From Candidatus Eiseniibacteriota bacterium (GTDB lineage: Bacteria; Eisenbacteria; RBG-16-71-46; CAVPCR01), in assembly GCA_963702435.1 (NCBI GenBank), contig CAVPCR010000001.1:832001-896000 (forward strand): 64,000 bases of DNA, read 5' to 3'. The position numbers and the translations under genes are program-made. The notes beneath the pieces are model-generated. The model did no database searches. It had not been told where the DNA came from and saw nothing but the letters and a program-made list of their open reading frames with translations. Positions 47,621-55,703 of the stretch are shown piece by piece (positions within the stretch are counted from its first letter, which is position 1; each line of letters begins with the position of its first letter).

Positions 47621-48397
47621 ATGCCCACACCGAAGCCCGGAAGCCGCCCCGATCTCATCGCCGGCCGCCCCCGTCCCTACGTCATGGCCCACCGCGGGGA
47701 TCCGGACCATGCGCCGGAGAACACGCTCGCCGCATTCCGGCTCGCCGCCGCGGCCGGGGCGGATATCATCGAGACCGATCTCTGGTTCTCGGCCGACGGC
47801 CACCTCGTCTGTCATCACGACGAGACGCTCGAGCGGATGACCGGCGATCCGCGCCGCGTGAACGATGTCCCCCTCGCCGAGATCCAGCGCCTTCCGATCC
47901 GCTCGCGCTTCGATGCCGACTTCCCCGCGGAGCGCGTGCCCTCGCTTGCCGAGGTCCTCGCCACCGTCCCGCCCGCGATCATCCTCGCTCTCGAGCTCAA
48001 GGACCCGCGCTTCGGCGCCGACCCGGCGGCCGCCGCCGCGCTCGCCCGTGCCATCGCGGAGCGGATCGCAGCGCGCACGGTCTTCGTCATCTCGTTCGAT
48101 CTGGGGCGCGTCCTCCGCGTCAAGGCGGCGGCCCCCGCGTGCCGCGGCGGCCACATCTCGCTCCGGAATCCGCTGCCGACACAGCCGACCGAGTTCCTCG
48201 GGCCGTACTGGCGGCTCCTCGCGCTCAATCCGTTCTACGTCCGTCTCGCGCACCGGCGCGGGCAGTGGGTCTGCCCGCTCGATCCCGACCTCGACCGCCG
48301 CCTCGGTCGCTACCTCGCGCTCGGCGTGGACGCCGTCCTCACCAACGATCCCGGCGGCACGCGCGCCCGCATCGCAGCGCTCCGCGCGGCACGATGA
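47621..48397 (+). CDS. Glycerophosphodiester phosphodiesterase
   Basis: AHRG, PENTLAAF, IETD, HDETLER, LELK, LTNDP. Confidence 0.93.
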   Translation: MPTPKPGSRPDLIAGRPRPYVMAHRGDPDHAPENTLAAFRLAAAAGADIIETDLWFSADGHLVCHHDETLERMTGDPRRVNDVPLAEIQRLPIRSRFDADFPAERVPSLAEVLATVPPAIILALELKDPRFGADPAAAAALARAIAERIAARTVFVISFDLGRVLRVKAAAPACRGGHISLRNPLPTQPTEFLGPYWRLLALNPFYVRLAHRRGQWVCPLDPDLDRRLGRYLALGVDAVLTNDPGGTRARIAALRAAR

Positions 48398-49626
48398 ACG
48401 TGCCTGACCACGCGCCGCATGACGGGTGGCGCCGCCTCGTCGTGCTCTTCTCGGCCGCCGGCTTCGTCGAGGCCATGTTCTGGGGCCAGATGGGCGCCTT
48501 CACGCCGCTCCACCTGCCCCGCCTCGGCGTGGCGGCGGCGGATGTCCCTGCCTGGACCGGCGCCATCGCCGCCCTCTCGGCTCTCCTCGGCCTCCCCTTC
48601 CTCCCCTTCTGGGGCGCGCTCGCCGATCGCTACGGGCGGAAGCCGATCATCGTGCGCTCGTTCGTCGCGCACTTCCTCGCCGGGCTCGTCACGCTGGCGG
48701 CCCCGAACCTCGCCGTCTTCGTGATCGGGCGCGCCTTCATGAGCTTCTCCCTCGGCAACTCGGGCCTCATGATGACAACGCTCGCCGAGCGCGTGCCGGC
48801 GGGCCGGCTCGGCCTCGCCTTCACCATCATGAACACCGCGGCCCCGATCGGCGTCTTCGTCGGCCCGCTCGCCGGCGGGCCGCTGGTCGATCGCTTCGGT
48901 CTTCCGGCCGTGCTCGCCCTCGACACGGCGCTCCTCGGCGCCGTGATCGTCGCGCTGGTCCTCGGCTACCGCGATCCCTACCGGGGCACGTCACGCGAGT
49001 CGCTCCTCAGCATGGCGCTCGATTCAGTGGCGTTGATCGGACGCTCGGCGCGCCTCCGCGCCCTCTTTCCGGCGCTCTTCTTCCTGTTCGCGGGCTGGAT
49101 GCTGGCCATGACCTACGTGCCGCTCGCGGTCACCGCGCTCTACGCGGGCCGCGATCCCGGCACCGCCGTCGGCATCGTCCTCGGCGCGAGCGGGCTCGTC
49201 GCGGTCGTCCTCGGCCCCGCCCTCGGTGCGCTCGCCGATCGCACGAGCCACTGGCGTGTCGTCTTCGCCGGTTCGGCGGTCTGCGTCGTCCTGTGGCCGC
49301 TCCCCGCGCTGGCGCCCGATCTCGCGCGCTTCACCGTGGCCTGGATGGTGTTGAACGGCCTCACCGCCGGCGTGTTCGCGCTCTCGTTCAGCCTCCTCGC
49401 GAGCTCCGCTCCGGCGGGCGCCCGCGGCCGGGTGATGACCTTCGCCTATCTCCCGGTCAACGTCGGGAGCCTGGTCGGGCCGGCGATCGGGAGCGCCATC
49501 ACGCGCACGAGCGTGTTCGCCGTGTTCCCGGCGGCGGCGGTGTTCACGGCCCTCGGGCTCCTCGTTCTCGTCGTGGCGAAACGCACCGGGGTCGATGGCG
49601 GGCCGGGAGCCGCGAGCTCGGGGTGA
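48394..49626 (+). CDS. MFS transporter
   Basis: WGALADRYGRKP and GALADRTSH motif A; about 12 TM helices; ATGA overlap with upstream gene. Confidence 0.92.
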   Translation: MNVPDHAPHDGWRRLVVLFSAAGFVEAMFWGQMGAFTPLHLPRLGVAAADVPAWTGAIAALSALLGLPFLPFWGALADRYGRKPIIVRSFVAHFLAGLVTLAAPNLAVFVIGRAFMSFSLGNSGLMMTTLAERVPAGRLGLAFTIMNTAAPIGVFVGPLAGGPLVDRFGLPAVLALDTALLGAVIVALVLGYRDPYRGTSRESLLSMALDSVALIGRSARLRALFPALFFLFAGWMLAMTYVPLAVTALYAGRDPGTAVGIVLGASGLVAVVLGPALGALADRTSHWRVVFAGSAVCVVLWPLPALAPDLARFTVAWMVLNGLTAGVFALSFSLLASSAPAGARGRVMTFAYLPVNVGSLVGPAIGSAITRTSVFAVFPAAAVFTALGLLVLVVAKRTGVDGGPGAASSG

Positions 49627-49644
49627 GGGGGACGGCCGCGCCGC

Positions 49645-51588
49645 TCAGTCCGCGAGGATGTGGACCAGGACCCGCCACTGCCCGTTCTCGCGGGCCCAGT
49701 GCAGCTTGAAGACCGCCGAGCCCTCTCCCGTGGCAGGCCCGCAACGGAACACGGCGAGGTAGTGGTTCCCGTAGTTCTCGTCGCCCTCCACGGGCGCCAC
49801 GCTGTCGGCATCCTGCCACTCGCGCTCGCAGTCCATCGTCACCCCGATATGATCGGGCAGCACGAGCAGCGCGAAGGCGCCGGCGTGCGGATGCATCACC
49901 AGGCGGGTCGCCGCGCTCACCGGCGCGACTTGCTCCAGACACTCCTCGAGTGCTGACGGCTTTCCGACGGCAACGGCCACCCGATCCATCCTGTCGCGAG
50001 TCTGCGCTCGCTGATCGGCCGGCACGGATAGCGGCACGTCCCCCGGCGGCAGATCCAGATTGACGCACGCGAGGCTCTGGTCCGCCAGATAGGCCAGGGC
50101 CGCTGCCAGGTCGCGCCGGACGAACCATGCTTCCAGGAACTCGGTGGTCGCCTGGACCACGGCCGGATCACCCGGCACGCGGAGGATATCGTCGTCGCTC
50201 TCCTCGATCGCCGGACGCACATCCGGGATCGCCGCCCAGCTCGGATCCGCCTGCAGGCGGAACGACTCGATCCGCCAGATGCCGGCGTCCTTGTACCACA
50301 CTTGCAGCACGGGGAACCCGCGGCGGCCCTGGGCATGGAGGACGAAGGAAGCGACATACCGCCCGCTCGACTTGATTTTGTAGCCGACCGCCCCCGTCTC
50401 CTCGGCTCCCGCGGCCGCATCCGGGTCGCCGCACTGGTAGCCCGGCACCGCCGCCGGCACTTCATAGAGCGTGAAGAGGTCTCCGTGGTGCTGCTTGACG
50501 CGGCGCAGGCGAGAGTCCGGGACGTCGACCGGGGCGACCACGTCGCCCAGGTTCGCGACCTGCCCGAGGGCCTGGCTTGCCGCCTGCATGTCCTTCAGCT
50601 TGCGGGCCAGCGCCGCCGCCCGATCCACCGTCTGTGCCGGTTCCGCCGCCGGCACGCAATCGAATGCCTGCTCCGAGACGTAGCCCAGCGAACGCCACGG
50701 CTCCCGCTCGACGAGCCACGAGGCGAGATAATCGTGTACGGCGTCCTCGATGCGGCCCTTAGCGTGGCGCGGCAGCTCGATCTCCTCGCCGACCGCCGCG
50801 GGCGGCGCCCCCCCGGCCACGCCCTCCGCAATCGACGCGAACAGGTTTTGCCACCAGCTCGTGAGCCCGACCCACCGTCCGTTGTGACGATCGATGTTGT
50901 TCCCCGCGCGGATGTCCGAGTTCGCCGCAGTGAGGTGGCCGTCGAAGAGCGCGACGGCGAAGAAGGACGAGCGATAGTCGACATCGATATCGGCATACCG
51001 GCCGTCCCGGGTCATCGAGATCTGGATCGACGGAGCACCCTTGCCCTGCCGGTAATTGAGCGGATAGCTCTTGTGGAATACCGTGTTGTCATGGCAGCGC
51101 GTGAACTCCCGGCACTCCTCGAGCGTGGCGAGGGCGTCGGCCCTGAGCTCGACGTAGATGCGAAACTGCAGGTCTCCCCGCGCGCCGGGCACCCGCCCCT
51201 TGATGTGATCGAGCTTCCCGATCAGATCGAGCGCCGTGCCCAGGGTGTCTCCGGCCTGGCCGGTCAGCGTCGACCTGGAGAGCGCATGGGTGACCGCCTC
51301 GAAGGTCGTGCGCAGCGAGATCGGAACCTGGTTGTAGACCGCCACGGCCTCGAAATCCGTATCCTGCGCCTCGTTGAAGCGCCGGACCCAGTCGTCGAGG
51401 AGCGCCTGCTGGCGGGGCGAGAGGTCGGCGTAGTGGCCGCCGAAGACGAAGCTCGCCGCGGATCCGGGAGCGTTCGCGGCCGGGGTCTGGGCGGAGGCGA
51501 TTCCGGCCGCGAGGACCAGGGCGAGAAGGAACGGGATCGGAAGGCGCCAGGAGCGCCGCGGGTGCGGCGGCGCGTAGACTCGGTTCAT
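49645..51588 (-). CDS. Secreted hypothetical protein with duplicated NTF2-like C-terminal domains
   Basis: Signal peptide; two similar segments (DYLASWLV..AFDCV..WYKDAGIWRI and EFLEAWFV..SLACV..WARENGQWRV). Confidence 0.7.
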   Translation of the reverse strand: MNRVYAPPHPRRSWRLPIPFLLALVLAAGIASAQTPAANAPGSAASFVFGGHYADLSPRQQALLDDWVRRFNEAQDTDFEAVAVYNQVPISLRTTFEAVTHALSRSTLTGQAGDTLGTALDLIGKLDHIKGRVPGARGDLQFRIYVELRADALATLEECREFTRCHDNTVFHKSYPLNYRQGKGAPSIQISMTRDGRYADIDVDYRSSFFAVALFDGHLTAANSDIRAGNNIDRHNGRWVGLTSWWQNLFASIAEGVAGGAPPAAVGEEIELPRHAKGRIEDAVHDYLASWLVEREPWRSLGYVSEQAFDCVPAAEPAQTVDRAAALARKLKDMQAASQALGQVANLGDVVAPVDVPDSRLRRVKQHHGDLFTLYEVPAAVPGYQCGDPDAAAGAEETGAVGYKIKSSGRYVASFVLHAQGRRGFPVLQVWYKDAGIWRIESFRLQADPSWAAIPDVRPAIEESDDDILRVPGDPAVVQATTEFLEAWFVRRDLAAALAYLADQSLACVNLDLPPGDVPLSVPADQRAQTRDRMDRVAVAVGKPSALEECLEQVAPVSAATRLVMHPHAGAFALLVLPDHIGVTMDCEREWQDADSVAPVEGDENYGNHYLAVFRCGPATGEGSAVFKLHWARENGQWRVLVHILAD

Positions 51589-51764
51589 CAGGTGACGGAG
51601 CTCCGGAGAGGTTTCGGTTTTTGTCGGGCGGCAGTCGATCACGGGGTCGATCGAACTGCGGTAGGATCCGGGCGGGCGCGCCTGCATCCCGGCCGGAAGA
51701 CCGTGACCCGCCACGGCGGAGGCGGCGATCCGGGTGGGCGGGGCAGCCGAGGGAGGACCGAGAG

Positions 51765-52649
51765 ATGCTTCGCCGAGTCATCGCGTCGCTCGCCGTCGCC
51801 GGCCTCGCGTTCGCGGCATCCGTCCGCGCAGAGCACATCACGGTGACGGGCTCTGACACCATGCTCCCCCTCGCCGAGCGCTGGGCCGAGGCGTACATGG
51901 CCGCGCACCCTGATGTCGACATCCAGGTGAGCGGAGGCGGCACGAGCACCGGGATCGCCGCGCTTCTCGACCGGACCGCGGACATCGCCAGCGCGGGCCG
52001 CCAGATCAGGGGGGTGGAAACCAAGGCTGCCCGCGCCGCCGGCATCGAGCCTGCCGAGATCAAGGTCGCGATGAGCGCCCTGGCCATCGCCGTGCACAAG
52101 GACAACCCGATCAACGAGCTCACGATGAACCAGCTGAAGGCGATCTACACGGGCGCCATCAACAACTGGCGTGATCTCGACGGCCCGAGTCACGGCATCG
52201 TTCGCTACTGCCGCGAGCCGAACACCGCCACCTACGACTTCTTCAAGGAGCACGCGCTGGGCAATCGGGAATACGCCCCCGATTGCCGGGCCATGCCGGG
52301 CCCCGCCGCCATCGACAGCGCCGTGACCGGCGATCCGGCCGCCATCGGGTACGGTGCGTCCGCCTACTTCCTGAACCAGTACGGCATCAAGGTCTTGAAG
52401 CTGCGGAAGGACAAGAACGCGCCGGCCATCGCTCCCATCACATCCGACGGGAAGTCGCTCGACTTCGCGGTCATCTATGCGGGCACCTACCCGTTGACCC
52501 GTACCCTCTACTGCTACACGGCCGGCAAGCCCGCGGGCGCGGTGGCCGCGTACCTCGACTGGATCATCGGCCCGGAGGGCCAGAGGATCGCCGCGGAGAT
52601 GGGTTTCGCCCCGCTCCCTCCGAGCGCGCCCGCGGAGAAGCCGCACTGA
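51765..52649 (+). CDS. pstS: PstS-family phosphate-binding protein (divergent, orphan)
   Basis: Signal peptide; TGSDTM, VSGGGTSTG, LKAIYTGAINNW, YPLTRTLY. Confidence 0.8.
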   Translation: MLRRVIASLAVAGLAFAASVRAEHITVTGSDTMLPLAERWAEAYMAAHPDVDIQVSGGGTSTGIAALLDRTADIASAGRQIRGVETKAARAAGIEPAEIKVAMSALAIAVHKDNPINELTMNQLKAIYTGAINNWRDLDGPSHGIVRYCREPNTATYDFFKEHALGNREYAPDCRAMPGPAAIDSAVTGDPAAIGYGASAYFLNQYGIKVLKLRKDKNAPAIAPITSDGKSLDFAVIYAGTYPLTRTLYCYTAGKPAGAVAAYLDWIIGPEGQRIAAEMGFAPLPPSAPAEKPH

Positions 52650-52664
52650 CGAGGAGATCGACTC

Positions 52665-54749
52665 ATGCACGCCGCGCTCGACACCTGTCCGCCGACCCGC
52701 GCCGACGACCTGACCGAGACCATCTTCGGTGTCACGCTCCGCGACCCTTACCGCTGGCTCGAAGATGCAGCCGCCCCCGCCGTGCGCTCCTGGATGGAGG
52801 AGCAGGACCGGTACGCCCGCGCCTGGCTCGCGCGGCTTCCGGGCCGCGACGCGCTCGCGCGGCGGCTCGGCGAGCTCCTCTACCTCGATTCGATCGCTCC
52901 GCCGCTCCACCGCGGGAATCGCTACTTCTACGCGCGCACGCATGCCGATCGCGAGAAGGCCATCGTCTACTGGAAGGAAGGCGAGGACGGCGCGGAGCGC
53001 GTGCTCCTCGATCCGAACACGATGAGCACGGACGGGACGACGGCGCTCGGAGTCTGGGTGCCGAGCCACGACGGCGAGCGAGTCGTCTACGCGCTCCGCG
53101 AGAACAACGCGGACGAGGCGACGCTCCATGTGATGGCGGTGGCGTCCGGGCAACGAAGCGAGATCGACGTGATCCCGGGCGCCAAGTACGCCGAGCCGTC
53201 CTGGACGCCGGCGGGCGACGGCTTCTACTACACGTACCTGCCTTCCGATCCGGCGATCCCGGTCGCCGAACGGCCGGGCCTGGCCGAGATCCGCTTCCAC
53301 CGGCTGGGGACCGACCCGCGCACCGATCCCATCGTGCATCCGTGCACCGGCAACCCGGCGACCTTTCTCCGGGTCGAGCTCTCGCGCGACGGCCACTGGC
53401 TCTTCGTCACGATCCAGCACGGCTGGAACGCGACCGAGGTGTTCGTCGCCGACCGCCGCGGGCGGCCGGCACCGGGCGCGGAACCGGTCGGCTTCTCCCC
53501 GCTCGTCACCGGTCGCGGCGCCCTCTACTTCGCGACCGCGTGGCAGGACCGCTTCTACGTCCACACCAACGAGGGAGCCCCACGCTACCGCGTCTTCCGC
53601 GTCGATCCCGCGCGCCCGGCGCGCGCCGACTGGACGGAGATTGTCCCGGAAGCGGGCGACGCGGTCCTCGAGCACCTCAAGATCGCCGGCGGCCGGCTCG
53701 TCTCGATCCTCATCCGGAATGCCGGGCACGAGCTCGAGGTGCGCACCCTCGACGGAGACTTCGTGCGCCGGGTCGAGCTTCCGGCTCCGTCCACGATCGG
53801 AGCGCTCGCCGGTAATCCGGACGAGGACGAGGCCTACGTGAGCACGAGCTCGTTCACGCGCCCGACCGCGGTCCACCGCATTTCGATCGCGACCGGCGCC
53901 ACGACCCCGTGGAGCGCCGTTCGCGCGCCGATCGATCCCGAGCCGTACGTGGTCGAGCAGGTGTGGTACCCGTCGCGGGACGGAACGCGCATCTCGATGT
54001 TCGTCTTCCGCCGGCGGGACCTCCCCCGTGACGGCTCGACGCCCTTCCTCCTGGCGGGCTATGGCGGTTTCAGCGTGAGCCAGCTGCCGGCGTACGTGCC
54101 GTCGCTCTTCGCGTGGCTCGAGGCGGGCGGGGGCTTCGCGCTCGCCAACCTGCGCGGGGGCGGCGAGTACGGCGAGGAGTGGCACCGTGCCGGGATGCTC
54201 GCCGCCAAGCAGAACGTGTTCGACGATTTCATCGCCGCCGCCGAGCACCTGGTGCGCGCGGGCTACACGCGGAGCGAGCGGCTCGCGATCCGCGGCGGCT
54301 CGAACGGCGGACTCCTGGTCGGCGCCGCGCTGACCCAGCGCCCCGATCTCTTCCGCGCCGTGATCTGCTCGGCGCCGCTCCTCGACATGGCGCGCTACCA
54401 CCTCCTCGGGAGCGGCAAGACCTGGACGCCCGAGTACGGAGATCCGGAACGGGAGGCCGATTTCCGCGTGCTCGCCGCCTACTCGCCGTACCACCGGGTG
54501 GCGGCGGGAGCGGCCTACCCCGCGCTCCTCATGCTGTCGCCTGCCAACGACGACCGGGTCGACCCCGCCCACGCGCGAAAGATGGTGGCGGCGCTCCAGG
54601 CGGCGAACGCGAGCCCGCACCCGGTGCTCCTCCGCATCGAGACGCATGCCGGGCACGCCGGCGCCGATCTGGTCAAGAAGCAGGTCGAGGCGCTCGCCGA
54701 CAGCTATGCATTCCTCATGCATGAGCTCGGCATGTCGACACCGGTGTGA
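52665..54749 (+). CDS. Prolyl oligopeptidase (S9A)
   Basis: DPYRWLED, GYGGF, NLRGGGEYG, GGSNGG (Ser), DDRV (Asp), AGHAG (His). Confidence 0.96.
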   Translation: MHAALDTCPPTRADDLTETIFGVTLRDPYRWLEDAAAPAVRSWMEEQDRYARAWLARLPGRDALARRLGELLYLDSIAPPLHRGNRYFYARTHADREKAIVYWKEGEDGAERVLLDPNTMSTDGTTALGVWVPSHDGERVVYALRENNADEATLHVMAVASGQRSEIDVIPGAKYAEPSWTPAGDGFYYTYLPSDPAIPVAERPGLAEIRFHRLGTDPRTDPIVHPCTGNPATFLRVELSRDGHWLFVTIQHGWNATEVFVADRRGRPAPGAEPVGFSPLVTGRGALYFATAWQDRFYVHTNEGAPRYRVFRVDPARPARADWTEIVPEAGDAVLEHLKIAGGRLVSILIRNAGHELEVRTLDGDFVRRVELPAPSTIGALAGNPDEDEAYVSTSSFTRPTAVHRISIATGATTPWSAVRAPIDPEPYVVEQVWYPSRDGTRISMFVFRRRDLPRDGSTPFLLAGYGGFSVSQLPAYVPSLFAWLEAGGGFALANLRGGGEYGEEWHRAGMLAAKQNVFDDFIAAAEHLVRAGYTRSERLAIRGGSNGGLLVGAALTQRPDLFRAVICSAPLLDMARYHLLGSGKTWTPEYGDPEREADFRVLAAYSPYHRVAAGAAYPALLMLSPANDDRVDPAHARKMVAALQAANASPHPVLLRIETHAGHAGADLVKKQVEALADSYAFLMHELGMSTPV

Positions 54750-54776
54750 CGACGGTCTCCGGTTCTCCGCTCCGTG

Positions 54777-54805
54777 TTGCACTTCCGGCTGCAATGTGCT
54801 ATGAT
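54777..54805 (+). promoter_or_regulatory. Sigma70 promoter overlapped by a TTGCA-N8-TGCAA palindrome
   Basis: TTGCAC-N17-TATGAT with extended TGn; ttgcacttccggctgcaa. Confidence 0.7.
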
Positions 54806-54891
54806 GCACGCGCTTGGACGCGTGGGAACAACCTCGCGTGCCGGTTCGCGATGCATACTGCTTTAACACCACAGTCCCAGGAGGGACCACG

Positions 54892-55635
54892 ATGAAGACA
54901 TTGTCAACTTGCCTCCTCGTTGCGATCTCCGTGCTCGGCCTGGCCTCGCTGGCGGCTGCCCAGCAGGCCCCGCGGCTGAACGAGATCGTCCGGAACGACG
55001 TCAGCACCGATGACCGCGAGTTCGTCGAGATCTGCGCCCAGCCAGGCACGAGCCTCGTCGACTACTGGATCATCGAGATCGAGGGCGAGACCGCCAAGGG
55101 CAATATCGACAAGGCGATCCGCCTCACCGGCACGGTCGGCGCGAGCGGTCTCTACACGATCGGGATGCCCCTGATCGCCTGCGCCGATCAGAGCGACCCT
55201 CTCACCATCGAGAACGGCGGCGCGACGATACTCCTCGTGCAGGGCTTCACCGGCCAGGTCAATCTCGACCTCGACACCAACGACGACTGCGTCGCCGACA
55301 TCCCCTTCCCGGGGACGATCGTGGACGGCGTCGGCATGGGCATGCCGAGCGCGGGCGACTGCTTCACCTACTACGGCGTGCCGGGGCTCGGCCCCGACAC
55401 CGGCCCCGGCGGCACCAGCGACTTCGACCCCGCGGGTGTTGCCCGCTGTCAGGACTGCACGGGCAACTGGGGCATGATCTGCCTCGACGGCACCGAGGGC
55501 GCGCTGTTCTGCTTCGCCAACAACCCGCAAGGGCTCTACAGCGTGGATGCCGCCACACCCTGCGCCCGCAACCTCTGCGGCGCGGTCCCCGTCGAGAACA
55601 CGACGTGGGGTGCGATCAAGAACACGTACAAGTAG
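54892..55635 (+). CDS. Secreted Cys-rich lamin-tail-like protein with C-terminal TWGxIK motif
   Basis: SD GGAGG; signal peptide; RLNEI..DREFVEI and IENG (LTD-like); ends PVENTTWGAIKNTYK. Confidence 0.8.
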   Translation: MKTLSTCLLVAISVLGLASLAAAQQAPRLNEIVRNDVSTDDREFVEICAQPGTSLVDYWIIEIEGETAKGNIDKAIRLTGTVGASGLYTIGMPLIACADQSDPLTIENGGATILLVQGFTGQVNLDLDTNDDCVADIPFPGTIVDGVGMGMPSAGDCFTYYGVPGLGPDTGPGGTSDFDPAGVARCQDCTGNWGMICLDGTEGALFCFANNPQGLYSVDAATPCARNLCGAVPVENTTWGAIKNTYK

Positions 55636-55667
55636 GAGCGCTTCAGCAAGGCGCACTGCATGAACGC

Positions 55668-55703
55668 ACGAAGCCCCGGCGGATCACTCCGCCGGGGCTT
55701 CGT
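55668..55703. terminator. 16-bp perfect hairpin between convergent genes
   Basis: acgaagccccggcgga-tcac-tccgccggggcttcgt. Confidence 0.8.

Noticed and set aside
51589..51764. Riboswitch or PHO box upstream of pstS
   Set aside because: Only GC-rich hairpins; no recognisable aptamer or 11-bp direct repeats
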